Numbered from the stretch's first letter, positions 38,009 through 47,673 are shown. The stretch: 64,000 nt of DNA from Candidatus Omnitrophota bacterium (GCA_016196545.1 JACPXM010000020.1:4168-68167), one strand, 5' to 3'. Notes: generated by a model not told the origin, from the letters alone. Numbers and translations: made by a program.

Positions 38009-38841
38009 TGGAGAAACCTCCTTTAGTGAGTGTTATTGTTCCGACCTATAATCGTCCGGCCATGCTTCAGGAAGCGCTTCAAAGTGTCTTGAATCAGACC
38101 TATAAAAATATTGAAGTCCTTGTCGTCAATGACGGCGGTAGGGATGTGGAAAAAGACATTGCTTCTTTGGGATTCAAAGAACGTCTGATTTATATCCGCC
38201 ACCCTGAACACAAAGAAAGGTCTCGGGCAAGGAATACGGCGATAAAGGCTTCCCAGGGCAAATACATTGCGTATCTCGATGACGATGACATTTATTATCC
38301 CGATCATTTAGAAACCTTGGTGAATTTTCTCGAAACTCATCCTTATGCCATCGCTTATACGGATGCTTATCACGCCTTTCAAAAGAAAAAAAATGAACAA
38401 TATGTTACCGTGTCAAAAAAAATATTATTTTCTTATGATTTTAACCGGGATGAGTTAATGATAAAAAATCTCATTCCCATCCTTTGCCTCATGCATCAAA
38501 AAGAATGCCTCGAAAAAGCCGGCGGTTTTGATGAAACGCTCACAACCCACGAAGACTGGGATTTGTGGATTCGTCTTTCCAGGCACTTTGATTTTGCGCA
38601 CATTAAAGAATTCACATGCGAAGTTCGTTGTCATGACGGCACGACCACGGCCCAGCAAAAGGCCGATTTTTTACGTACGAAGATGCTTATTTATGAGAAA
38701 TACAAAAAATATGTCGAAGGAAAACCCGGCATTCTAAAAAGACAAAGCGAAGATTTAAAACAATACGGCTCCTTTTGTGAAGCATTCGAAGCGGCCGTGA
38801 AAAAATTAGGGAGATTATTTCATGATCATCCTCGGAATTAA
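38005..38841 (+). CDS. glycosyltransferase family 2
   Basis: VSVIVPTYNRPAMLQEALQSVLNQTYKNIEVLVVNDGG and the DXD motif YLDDDD. Confidence 0.8.
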   Translation: MMEKPPLVSVIVPTYNRPAMLQEALQSVLNQTYKNIEVLVVNDGGRDVEKDIASLGFKERLIYIRHPEHKERSRARNTAIKASQGKYIAYLDDDDIYYPDHLETLVNFLETHPYAIAYTDAYHAFQKKKNEQYVTVSKKILFSYDFNRDELMIKNLIPILCLMHQKECLEKAGGFDETLTTHEDWDLWIRLSRHFDFAHIKEFTCEVRCHDGTTTAQQKADFLRTKMLIYEKYKKYVEGKPGILKRQSEDLKQYGSFCEAFEAAVKKLGRLFHDHPRN

Positions 38842-40597
38842 CGCCTATCATCCGGATGCATCGGTAGCGCTCCTGCGAGACGGAGAGCTCCTCTGGGCCG
38901 CAGAGGAGGAGCGTTTCAACCGGGTCAAACACGCCTCCGGATTTCCGCACCTTGCCTTGAAACACTGTCTTGAGGAGACCGGAATTCCGGCCACGGCGAT
39001 TGATGTGGTGGCTGTTTCAAAAAATCCTCACGCGAATTTCATGAAGAAGGTTCAATTTGTATTGAAATACAGACCCGCCAAAAAATTAATCCTCGACCGT
39101 ATCTTGGCGTTTCGAAAATTTTCACATTTGGATGAAGATTTTTATCGCGACCTCCACACCACTCCAGGATTTCTCAAAGCCAAATTTATGTACGTGGAGC
39201 ATCACCAGTCGCATATTGCTTCGAGTTATTATTTTTCGGGATTTGAGCGGGCCGCCTTTCTCTCCTTGGACGGTATGGGGGATTTTTCATCCGCCATGTG
39301 GGGCCTGGCTGAGGAAGGACACTTGCGGGTGATAGACCGTGTCTTTTTTCCGCACTCCGCAGGATTTCTTTATACGGCCGCAACGCAATTTCTCGGGTTT
39401 CATAAATTTGGCGATGAGTATAAAGTCATGGGACTTGCCGGTTACGGCCAGCCCAAATATTTAGATCTCCTCCGTCATGTTTATCACCTCAAGCGAAACG
39501 GAGGCTTTGAACTGAATCTTCGCTATTTCCTGCATCAGGAGGGTGCCGCCAAAATACGCTGGAAGGGAGGTGCGCCGGAACAGGATATCCTTTTTTCGCG
39601 ACACTGGGAAGAAAAGCTCGGGCGTCCACGCTTGCCGGATGAAGCGATCACACAGCGGGACAAAGATATTGCCGCCTCGTTACAAGCCGCTTTAGAAGAA
39701 ATTTATTTTCATGTGCTAAGAAATCTTTTTCAAAAGACAGAGGAGAGCCGCCTTTGTCTGGCGGGAGGGTGCGCTTTTAATAGTGTCGCCAATGGCAAAA
39801 TTACAAAGGCCACGGGATTTCGCGAGATCTACATTCAGCCCGCCGCAGGAGATGCCGGAACCGCGGTGGGAGCCGCAGCCTTTATTTCTTACGCTGTGTT
39901 CAAAGAGCCAAAACGTACCGTCATGAATCATGCCCACTTTGGAAGCAGCTTTGAAGAGAGGACCCTTGAATCGTGCATTCAATTAAAATTAAAAGAGCTG
40001 GAAAAGGAGCAAGACGGGAACTCAAAGTTCTTTAGGGCTCATTTTTCTGAGGACGAATTAATTGCGAAAACCGTTGAGGCGCTTTCCGAAGGCAAAGTCG
40101 TGGGCTGGTTTCAGGGAAAAATGGAGTTTGGCCCACGCTCCCTTGGCGCACGAAGCATTCTTGCCGATCCCCGCAACCTGGACATGAAAGATATTCTCAA
40201 TCGTCGCATCAAACACCGCGAAACGTTCCGTCCTTTTGCCCCCTCCGTTCCCGAGGAACGGGCCGGCGAATTCTTTGAGATGGACTGCAAGTCATCCCCG
40301 TTTATGTTGAAGGTTTTTCCGGTAAGGCCCGAAAAAAGGTCTGTCCTCCCGGCCGTGACTCATGTGGACGGTAGCGCACGCGTTCAAACAGTTTCTAAAG
40401 AGGTCAATCCGCTTTACTGGAAACTTCTTGAGGCCTTTGGGAAAAAGACCGGTGTCCCGGTTCTCTTAAATACCTCTTTTAACGAACATGAACCCATTGT
40501 GTGCACTCCTGAAGAAGCCATAGACTGTTTCGTGAAGACCCCTATGGATGTGCTCGTTATGGGAAACTATTTTCTTGAAAAAAAGATTCAAGACTAA
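38822..40597 (+). CDS. carbamoyltransferase (NodU/CmcH family)
   Basis: N-terminal Kae1/YgjD-like LGINAYHPDASVALL...AAEEERFNRVKH and a C-terminal carbamoyltransferase domain. Length 591 aa. Confidence 0.8.
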   Translation: MIILGINAYHPDASVALLRDGELLWAAEEERFNRVKHASGFPHLALKHCLEETGIPATAIDVVAVSKNPHANFMKKVQFVLKYRPAKKLILDRILAFRKFSHLDEDFYRDLHTTPGFLKAKFMYVEHHQSHIASSYYFSGFERAAFLSLDGMGDFSSAMWGLAEEGHLRVIDRVFFPHSAGFLYTAATQFLGFHKFGDEYKVMGLAGYGQPKYLDLLRHVYHLKRNGGFELNLRYFLHQEGAAKIRWKGGAPEQDILFSRHWEEKLGRPRLPDEAITQRDKDIAASLQAALEEIYFHVLRNLFQKTEESRLCLAGGCAFNSVANGKITKATGFREIYIQPAAGDAGTAVGAAAFISYAVFKEPKRTVMNHAHFGSSFEERTLESCIQLKLKELEKEQDGNSKFFRAHFSEDELIAKTVEALSEGKVVGWFQGKMEFGPRSLGARSILADPRNLDMKDILNRRIKHRETFRPFAPSVPEERAGEFFEMDCKSSPFMLKVFPVRPEKRSVLPAVTHVDGSARVQTVSKEVNPLYWKLLEAFGKKTGVPVLLNTSFNEHEPIVCTPEEAIDCFVKTPMDVLVMGNYFLEKKIQD

Positions 40598-40603
40598 AGA
40601 CAC

Positions 40604-41815
40604 TTGAAACTTCTTCTGATTAATCAAGTTTTTTGGCCGGATGTAGCGGCGACCGCGCAGCATCTTACGGACCTTGCCTGTGAACTCATAAATCAGGGCC
40701 ATGAAGTGACAGTCCTTTGCGCCCGCCGTGGATATACGGAGCCGCATTCTATATTTGCCAAAAAAGAAATTTACCAAGGGATTCACATTGTTCGAGTGTG
40801 GCCCTTCTCTTTGGGCAGAAAATATAAAATTCTTAGAGTTTTAGATTCCCTTATTTTAAATTTTGCGTTTGCGCTGCGACTTGCGAGGCTGGGACATTTT
40901 GAGCGTATCCTTGTTCTTACGTCGCCTCCGCTCGTGGGTGGGGTGGCCGGTTTTTTTGCCAAGCTTTGGAGAAAACCTCTTATTTTGTGGATGATGGATG
41001 TGAATCCCGATGAGGCCATTGAGGCGGGTTGGATTCGACGAAACTCCTTGGAAGCTCACATGCTGGAGTCCGCGCTTCGATGGGTATTAAATCAAAGCCA
41101 AAAAATCATCGTGCTGGACCGCTTTATGCGGGACCGCATCCTTCTTAAAGGCGCCGATCCGAACAAAGTAAAAGTCATCGCGCCCTGGTCTCATGATGAA
41201 GCGATTCAACTTATTCCTCATCGTGATAATCCGTTTCGAAAAAAAAATAATCTTGATGGAAAATTCGTCGTTATGTATTCAGGTAATCTCAGCATTTGCC
41301 ATCCCCTGAACACGCTTTTGGAGGCTGCGTTTTTGCTCAAAGAGGAGCCTACGATTTCCTTTGTTTTCATCGGAGGCGGCCAGCGCACCCAAGATATCCT
41401 TCAGGCCCGCAAAGAGCGCTCTTTATCGAATGTTTTTTATTTTCCTTATCAACCCCGGACAGAGATCAAATATTCTCTTTCGGCAGCCGATCTTCATACC
41501 GTGGTGATGGGGGAACCTTATGTGGGGATTGTTCACCCCTGCAAAATTTACGGAATTTTAAGGCTTGGCCGGCCTTTCATTTACATCGGCCCTCAACAAA
41601 GCGCCCCCGGAGAATTGATGGAGGCCCTAAAGACGGGCGCTCGCGTCGATCACGGAGAAGCGGAAAGGCTTGCGGGGCTCATCCTTAAAATGAAAAATTT
41701 GAGCGAAGCTGAAAAAATGGAAATCCAAAAAATAAATCAGGCACTCGCGCAGCAGTTTTCCGGTCATGAAATTTGCGCCGGGCTCGCGCGCGAAATAACA
41801 GGGAAATTAAATTGA
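40604..41815 (+). CDS. glycosyltransferase, GT4-like (WcaI-like)
   Basis: LLLINQVFWPDVAATAQHLTDLACEL is a GT4 N-terminus. TTG start. Confidence 0.7.
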   Translation: MKLLLINQVFWPDVAATAQHLTDLACELINQGHEVTVLCARRGYTEPHSIFAKKEIYQGIHIVRVWPFSLGRKYKILRVLDSLILNFAFALRLARLGHFERILVLTSPPLVGGVAGFFAKLWRKPLILWMMDVNPDEAIEAGWIRRNSLEAHMLESALRWVLNQSQKIIVLDRFMRDRILLKGADPNKVKVIAPWSHDEAIQLIPHRDNPFRKKNNLDGKFVVMYSGNLSICHPLNTLLEAAFLLKEEPTISFVFIGGGQRTQDILQARKERSLSNVFYFPYQPRTEIKYSLSAADLHTVVMGEPYVGIVHPCKIYGILRLGRPFIYIGPQQSAPGELMEALKTGARVDHGEAERLAGLILKMKNLSEAEKMEIQKINQALAQQFSGHEICAGLAREITGKLN

Positions 41816-41817
41816 GG

Positions 41818-43143
41818 ATGATCTCTCAGCGAAGTTTCTTTCTTCTGAGCTGCGATTTATTGTCGCTTGCGATTGCCTATGTCTTTGGTTTCGGCATGCG
41901 CACGGGATTTAACGAATACGCGCTTTCACGGCTGAGCTTTCTTTATTTTTCTTTTATCGTCTTTCCCATTCTCTTTTACACGTTTGACCTTTACTATCCC
42001 TACAAGCATTTTGGCGGCATGCAAACGTTCATTGACGTCGTGCTGGCCGTTGTGACCGGGATTATCCTTTCTGCCGCCGCGGCCTATGCCGACCGTTCCC
42101 TTATTCTGCCCCGGCTTATCTTTTTCTATACCATGATTTCTCTCATTCCCACGATTTACGCGGCCCGACTTTTTTATGATTTTCTTTTTGGCTCAAGACT
42201 CCTCGATAAAAAAGTCATTGTCATTGGAACCGGTCCGCTGGCGCTGGAAATCGTGCGCACCATTCGTGCGACCCCTCATTCGGGAATGGATATTGTCGGC
42301 CTTGTCAGCACAAAAAAAGTGCCCTCGGAAAAAAAGCACGGAATTCCGATCACGGGTTCCCTCAAGGACCTGATCACTTTGATTGACTGGTACAACATTC
42401 AGCTTGTGGTGATGGCGCTGGAGGCCGGAGAAGACCATTCCGAGACTCATGTGATGGCAGACCTGCTGATGCACCGGGTCCAAGTCGTGAGCTCTATCCA
42501 TTTATTTGAGCGGCTGACGCAGGAAATTCCCTATAAGCTATTGGGGCCTCAATACCTTCTCGGATTAATGTCCCAAGTCAAAATTAGGCCTTATCTGAAA
42601 ATGAAGCGGGTTCTTGATCTCATCACGGCCTCTTTATTATTGATCTTTCTTTTGCCTGTTTTTATGTTCGCGTTGTTTTTTCTTTCGATCACGGCGCGCG
42701 GAAAAATATTTTTTTATCAGGACCGCATTGGAAAAGACAGCATCCCCTTCCGTCTCTATAAATTGAGGACGATGGCAGAGTCCCAAAAGGGGCATCTTTA
42801 CATCACGCGTTTCGGAGGATTCCTCAGGAAATTCCGGATCGACGAAATTCCTCAGCTATGGAATGTGATCAAAGGGGATATGAGCCTGATCGGCCCGCGG
42901 CCGGAAATCCCTTATTTTGTGACCCGCTGCCGCAAGCGCATTCCTTTTTATGACGCTGTCTTTGCCGTCAAACCCGGCCTTACGGGATGGGCTCAGGTGA
43001 AATTCCGTTACACGGTATCCGCCAAGGATTATGAGCAGAAATTTCGATACAACTTGTACTATTTAAAAAATATTTCCTTTGCGCTGGATCTTTTGATTGT
43101 TTTGAAGACGATTCGCGTGGTGTCGCTGGGGAGAGGAAAATAA
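41818..43143 (+). CDS. polyprenyl-phosphate sugar-phosphate transferase (WbaP/EpsL-type initiating transferase)
   Basis: KRVLDLITASLLLIFLLPVF...YKLRTM...DEIPQLWNVIKGDMSLIGPRPE is the bacterial sugar transferase domain. Confidence 0.85.
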   Translation: MISQRSFFLLSCDLLSLAIAYVFGFGMRTGFNEYALSRLSFLYFSFIVFPILFYTFDLYYPYKHFGGMQTFIDVVLAVVTGIILSAAAAYADRSLILPRLIFFYTMISLIPTIYAARLFYDFLFGSRLLDKKVIVIGTGPLALEIVRTIRATPHSGMDIVGLVSTKKVPSEKKHGIPITGSLKDLITLIDWYNIQLVVMALEAGEDHSETHVMADLLMHRVQVVSSIHLFERLTQEIPYKLLGPQYLLGLMSQVKIRPYLKMKRVLDLITASLLLIFLLPVFMFALFFLSITARGKIFFYQDRIGKDSIPFRLYKLRTMAESQKGHLYITRFGGFLRKFRIDEIPQLWNVIKGDMSLIGPRPEIPYFVTRCRKRIPFYDAVFAVKPGLTGWAQVKFRYTVSAKDYEQKFRYNLYYLKNISFALDLLIVLKTIRVVSLGRGK

Positions 43144-43172
43144 ACCAGAAGGAACCTGGTACCTTTTGGTTA
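43144..43172. terminator. hairpin at the distal end of the locus, convergent with the minus-strand gcvT-family gene
   Basis: aaccagaagg / ccttttggtt stem carrying the 18-nt repeat AAGGAACCTGGTACCTTT. Confidence 0.4.
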
Positions 43173-44273
43173 GGAACGGGGTTTATCGGAAGAAATAAAG
43201 GGCAATTCGCGGGTCCGTGCCGAAATTTCAGAGTCCGCTGTTTTAATCATTACTTCCTCACTCATACCAAAAGCCTCTTTTGTGACATAGCCTAAGGCAA
43301 TACCCTTTCCAAGCGTCGGTGAAAAACACGCGCTTGTAATCCATCCCGCTTCCAAGCCGTTTTTTAGGACCTTGTTCCCGGATCCCGGGAGCGGACCTCT
43401 CTCGAAGACAAATCCCGTCATTTTTCGCTGGAGTCCCCCGTAAGTTTTTACCCGCGCCACGACTTCTTGTCCTGGATAACAGCCTTTCGTTTCGCTTGCG
43501 GCAAGGCCTTCCAGGCCGGTTTCAGGGAGGGAAATATCCTCGTCCACGTCAATCCCGTAACGAAGCACGCCCGCCTCAATTCTTAAAATTTCACTGGTTC
43601 CATGTCCCACGGGTTGCAGCCCGTAAAGTTTTCCCACCACCATGACACGCTCTGCAACCCGCATGGCGTTTTCTTTGGCCACCGTCAAATGATAGCCCCA
43701 TTCCCCGGTGCGGCTGATGCGGATCACGGTGACCTCCACATCCCCCATGTGAAAATTTCCATGCTGGCGCTTGGAGAGTTCGGGAAAGGGGCCGGGAAAA
43801 AGCGTGTGGGCGAGGGCCTCGGAGCGCGGTCCCTGCAGGGCGAGCAGCGCAAAGTCCTCCGTGATGTCGCGTAATTTTACGTCTTCATTAATAAGGTATT
43901 TATTAAGGTGGGAAATCAGCCGCTTTTCCATCCCCATATCCACGCCCAGCAAGATGGAATTAGCAAAGACAAGGACATTCATATCCATTAAAATCTTTCC
44001 CGTGGCCGTCAAAAGCGCCGCATAACAGCCGTTTCCCAATCCCAAATTTTGAATGTCATTGGAAAGCATGCGATGAAGAAATGCGGCGCGGTCTTTTCCC
44101 GTCACTTCGATTTTCCCCCGGTAGGACTGGTCAATTAATCCCACGGCTTTTCTTACGGCATGATATTCAGTTTGAAAATCCTTAAAAAGGGAAGGGATGC
44201 GCCAATCTTGTTCTACCTTCAGAGTTGCCCCAAGGGATTCCCACAGGGGGTTGAGCGGAAGATCACGAATCAT
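43170..44273 (-). CDS. GcvT-family folate-binding protein (aminomethyltransferase / YgfZ-like)
   Basis: ...KAVGLIDQSYRGKIEVTGKDRAAFLHRMLSNDI... is characteristic of the GcvT N-domain. Confidence 0.65.
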   Translation of the reverse strand: MIRDLPLNPLWESLGATLKVEQDWRIPSLFKDFQTEYHAVRKAVGLIDQSYRGKIEVTGKDRAAFLHRMLSNDIQNLGLGNGCYAALLTATGKILMDMNVLVFANSILLGVDMGMEKRLISHLNKYLINEDVKLRDITEDFALLALQGPRSEALAHTLFPGPFPELSKRQHGNFHMGDVEVTVIRISRTGEWGYHLTVAKENAMRVAERVMVVGKLYGLQPVGHGTSEILRIEAGVLRYGIDVDEDISLPETGLEGLAASETKGCYPGQEVVARVKTYGGLQRKMTGFVFERGPLPGSGNKVLKNGLEAGWITSACFSPTLGKGIALGYVTKEAFGMSEEVMIKTADSEISARTRELPFISSDKPRS

Positions 44274-45420
44274 GCTTTGAAATGTCCTCTGCGATTTTAC
44301 GGTGGGGCGAAGGAAGGGGATAGAATTTAAGGCGGTCTGTGGAAATCCAACGAGAAGGACGCGAGCGAGAAGACTCGAGAAGGGGAAGGCCCATTTTCCT
44401 TGTCGTTTGCCTCATTGCCGTTGCCTCTTTTAATTCGAAGACCTCAAGTGAAATTCGGTATTTTGTAAATCCATGATGGACAGTCATGCGATGGGATAGC
44501 AGGGCCTGCCTTGCCCCGGCACTCGATTTTATGCGACGCATCATTTCATTTCTCGTTTTCCAAAACGGGAATATCCAAAGACCGCCCCAGCGCTCGTCAA
44601 GGGACTGCTTTTGAATTAAGACGTGGCCGTTCCTTCTTAAGATTAAGGCATAATTCCTGATTTTTTCAATAGTTTCTTTCCGTGCCTTCACCGGAAATTT
44701 TTCGGGGTTTCTCCCCTGAAATCCCAGGCAATGGGATTTTAGGGGGCAGGCCGGGCAGCGGGGAGCGTCGGGAAGACAAACCGTTGCCCCCAATTCCATC
44801 AGGGCCTGATTAAAATCACCGGGGTGGAAATCTTTAGACAGAAAGGGATTACGATTGGCCCCGACAAGCGTTGATGCGATGCCCCATAATTTTTTTTGAC
44901 CTTCCGTGGAATCTGCCGGCGTCTTGATTGCGAAAAACCTTGTGAGGACTCGAATCACATTCCCATCCAGCACTGGCACCCTTTCTCGGAACGCAATACT
45001 TGCAATGGCCCCTGCTGTGTAGCGGCCGATACCGGGAAGTGTCATCAACTCGGAGGCCGTTTCAGGGAAACGCTTATTTATAGCAAGCCTTTTTGCAGTT
45101 TCGTGAAGCATTCTGACGCGGCGGTAATAGCCAAGACCCGTCCACAATTTCATTACTTCCTGGAGAGATGTTCGCGCCAAAGATGTAAGGGAGGGAAACC
45201 GCGCAATCCAACGTTTGTAATAGGGGATCACGGTTTTGACCTGTGTTTGTTGCAGCATAATTTCTGAGATCCAAATCTTGTAGGGATCTTTCGTCTGCCT
45301 CCACGGTAAATCCCTCGCCCTCAGCCGATACCATTTAAGAAGGCGATTTCGAAACAACGGATGCGAATGCATGAAATGAAAGTACTGAATTCCGCCTTCA
45401 AAATCAAGGATTAAAACCAA
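44263..45420 (-). CDS. mutY: A/G-specific adenine DNA glycosylase
   Basis: LLKWYRLRARDLPWRQTKDPYKIWISEIMLQQTQVKTVIPYYKRWIARFP plus a C-terminal NUDIX-like domain. True start is probably the internal ATG near 45372. Confidence 0.85.
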   Translation of the reverse strand: MVLILDFEGGIQYFHFMHSHPLFRNRLLKWYRLRARDLPWRQTKDPYKIWISEIMLQQTQVKTVIPYYKRWIARFPSLTSLARTSLQEVMKLWTGLGYYRRVRMLHETAKRLAINKRFPETASELMTLPGIGRYTAGAIASIAFRERVPVLDGNVIRVLTRFFAIKTPADSTEGQKKLWGIASTLVGANRNPFLSKDFHPGDFNQALMELGATVCLPDAPRCPACPLKSHCLGFQGRNPEKFPVKARKETIEKIRNYALILRRNGHVLIQKQSLDERWGGLWIFPFWKTRNEMMRRIKSSAGARQALLSHRMTVHHGFTKYRISLEVFELKEATAMRQTTRKMGLPLLESSRSRPSRWISTDRLKFYPLPSPHRKIAEDISKHDS

Positions 45421-45460
45421 CTAGTGTTTGTACATTTTTCATGATTGAGGGCGAAGGAAT

Positions 45461-45570
45461 CCGCTACCTCCCCCCACCCGGTGTTTAAAAGCTTTTTCAC
45501 ACCGAGTGGGGGGAGGGTTGCCGGGAGAATGACAATTGCACGAACTGGTAGACACCCCCTGGTACTTTTT
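45461..45570. repeat. composite GC-rich repeat: a 50-nt near-perfect palindrome (45467-45516) fused to a 45-nt module shared with 48520-48576
   Basis: cctccccccacccggtgt...acaccgagtggggggagg, with 1 mismatch in 18 bp. Then gttgccgggagaatgacaattgcacgaactggtagacacccc. Confidence 0.55.
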
Positions 45571-45594
45571 GGGTGCTGCTGCGAGGACTGAGAG

Positions 45595-46716
45595 GTGTAT
45601 AATCGAGCCGTGGCGAAACGGACCTTAGATCAAATATTGGCCGAACACACGCGTGAAGGCGAGCTTTACGAAAAGCTGCCGGATGGGAGAATCCGCTGCT
45701 TCGCCTGCGGCCACCGCTGTCCGATCCCGGAAGGCCGGGCCGGTGTTTGTAAAATCCGTTTTAATCAAGGTGGAATTTTGCATGTCCCCTGGGGTTATGT
45801 CGGCGGCCTTCAAGATGATCCCGTCGAAAAGAAACCCTTTTTCCATGCCATGCCCGGGGTGCGTGCGCTCAGCTTCGGGATGCTGGGATGCGACTTTCAT
45901 TGCAGCTATTGCCAAAACTGGATTACAAGTCAGGCCCTTCGAGATCCCGAGGCCGTTTCCCCGCCGGTTGAAATTTCCCCCAAAGAACTAGTAAATTTAG
46001 CGATCGAAAGGCAATGTCAATTGGTCACGAGTACTTATAATGAGCCTTTGATTACAAGTGAATGGGGCATTGAAATTTTTAAAGAAGCGAAACACCGCGG
46101 CCTTGTGACGTCCTATGTCTCAAACGGAAATGGAACGTCGGAAGTCCTTGATTATATTCAACCTTGGGTGGATCTCTATAAAGTGGATCTAAAAAGTTTC
46201 GAAGACAGTCACTATCGGGAGCTTGGCGGCGCTCTAAAAAATGTTTGCGAGACAATCCGCGGGCTTTACGAGCGCAAAATCTGGCTGGAAGTCTTAACGC
46301 TCTTAATTCCGGGATTCAATAATTCTGATGAGGAACTTACCCGCCTTGCGGAATTTCTCGTTTCGGTTTCGCCCGATATCCCCTGGCATGTAACGGCCTT
46401 CCATAAAGATTACAAAATGATGCACTCTGAAAACACACAACCGGAACATCTTCTCCGCGCTGCAGAGATCGGAAAAAAAGCGGGGATTCGTTACCTCTAT
46501 CTCGGCAATCTCCCCGGCCAGGTGGGAGGATGGGAAAATACAATTTGTCCGGAATGCGGAGAAATCCTAGTCCGGCGATTTGGTTTTAAAGTTCTCTCCG
46601 ATTTCCTTACGAAATCCGAAGGTTATTGTCCTAAATGCCGATACAAAATCCCAGGGTTTTGGAAGAAACCAACGGTTCACCGGAGTTCAGAAGGTTATGT
46701 GCAACCTCTCCTGTAA
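45595..46716 (+). CDS. radical SAM enzyme (AmmeMemoRadiSam-system / PflA-like type)
   Basis: N-terminal CFACGHRC...C zinc-ribbon-like Cys cluster, then the CDFHCSYCQN CX3CX2C motif. Confidence 0.7.
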   Translation: MYNRAVAKRTLDQILAEHTREGELYEKLPDGRIRCFACGHRCPIPEGRAGVCKIRFNQGGILHVPWGYVGGLQDDPVEKKPFFHAMPGVRALSFGMLGCDFHCSYCQNWITSQALRDPEAVSPPVEISPKELVNLAIERQCQLVTSTYNEPLITSEWGIEIFKEAKHRGLVTSYVSNGNGTSEVLDYIQPWVDLYKVDLKSFEDSHYRELGGALKNVCETIRGLYERKIWLEVLTLLIPGFNNSDEELTRLAEFLVSVSPDIPWHVTAFHKDYKMMHSENTQPEHLLRAAEIGKKAGIRYLYLGNLPGQVGGWENTICPECGEILVRRFGFKVLSDFLTKSEGYCPKCRYKIPGFWKKPTVHRSSEGYVQPLL

Positions 46717-47446
46717 GAAAAAAGGCGAAAAGCAAAAATTTCCCCTACGAGGTTTCCGCATTGCAGGGAACCTGGTGCTCGTGGGGTTATTTTCCCTTTC
46801 GTCTTTTGCTGCAGAAGATTCCTCCTCGAATTGGTATTCAGAAAAAGACAATGTGACGGCGGATGAAAAACTTTATTTAGAAAAGGCGAGCCAAGAATTT
46901 GTAATCGTGGAGGAGCATTTGGCGGAACTTCGAAGACAGAAGACGTTTAGGCAATTGGAGAATCAAAATACCCTCCAAGAAATCGAAAAAGAGAAAAGTT
47001 TCGCGGAGGGCCGGCTTAAAATTCTAAAATCGGCATCAGAGGCGGAACGCGCCCATGCGCAACAGGAATTTGAAAAATCACTTTCGCACTTTAATCAAGG
47101 GATGGAAAAAACCTCTAAAAATATGCTCTCGGAAGATCATTATTTTCTCTGGCAGCTTCGTTCCCAAATGCGCGACCGGGAATATCAAGAAAAGCAAATT
47201 CATAAAATTAAGCCCGACCCGAGTTGGGGAAATAAGGAAAAGCTCGATCAAAAATTGAAGGCCGCCATCGGTAAAAGAAAGACCTTGGATGAGAAAATTA
47301 AGGCCTATGAGAAATCCAAAGGAAAGGCACGCGACGAGGCCCGTCAAGCCCTTGAAGAGGAAATGAAATCTCTAAATAAGGAATATAAGGAAATCCTTTC
47401 AAGGTCCAAACGCAGCCAGGGGCCGGTGATTAAAACGATCCAATAA
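46697..47446 (+). CDS. secreted or membrane-anchored coiled-coil protein
   Basis: Hydrophobic N-terminus GNLVLVGLFSLSSFAAE, then a low-complexity E/K/Q-rich heptad-like sequence. Confidence 0.4.
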   Translation: MCNLSCKKKGEKQKFPLRGFRIAGNLVLVGLFSLSSFAAEDSSSNWYSEKDNVTADEKLYLEKASQEFVIVEEHLAELRRQKTFRQLENQNTLQEIEKEKSFAEGRLKILKSASEAERAHAQQEFEKSLSHFNQGMEKTSKNMLSEDHYFLWQLRSQMRDREYQEKQIHKIKPDPSWGNKEKLDQKLKAAIGKRKTLDEKIKAYEKSKGKARDEARQALEEEMKSLNKEYKEILSRSKRSQGPVIKTIQ

Positions 47447-47487
47447 GTTAATTTCAGATTTTATTAAGATATCCTTTGCCAACGTTA

Positions 47488-47506
47488 TTCCCCCCCCTCC
47501 CCACCC
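47488..47506. repeat. poly-C tract C8TC4AC3 (G-quadruplex motif on the minus strand)
   Basis: ttcccccccctccccaccc. Related to the left arm of the 45467 palindrome. Confidence 0.45.
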
Positions 47507-47637
47507 ATTCTCCTAAAGCAACCCAGTCAAATAGGAATGAATTGTAACTTTTGATTGTTTTATTATGTCATAACTTGTTTATTTTTAAATGGTTATAGCT
47601 ATTGCAATGAAATCTTAATGTGGTAATTTTCCCTATA

Positions 47638-47654
47638 GGGGGGGGGTTGGGGCC
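47638..47654. repeat. poly-G tract G9TTG4 immediately upstream of the GAF gene RBS
   Basis: gggggggggttgggg. It is a mirror partner of the poly-C tract 130 bp upstream. Confidence 0.45.
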
Positions 47655-47673
47655 TTTAGCAGAAAGGAGTCCG

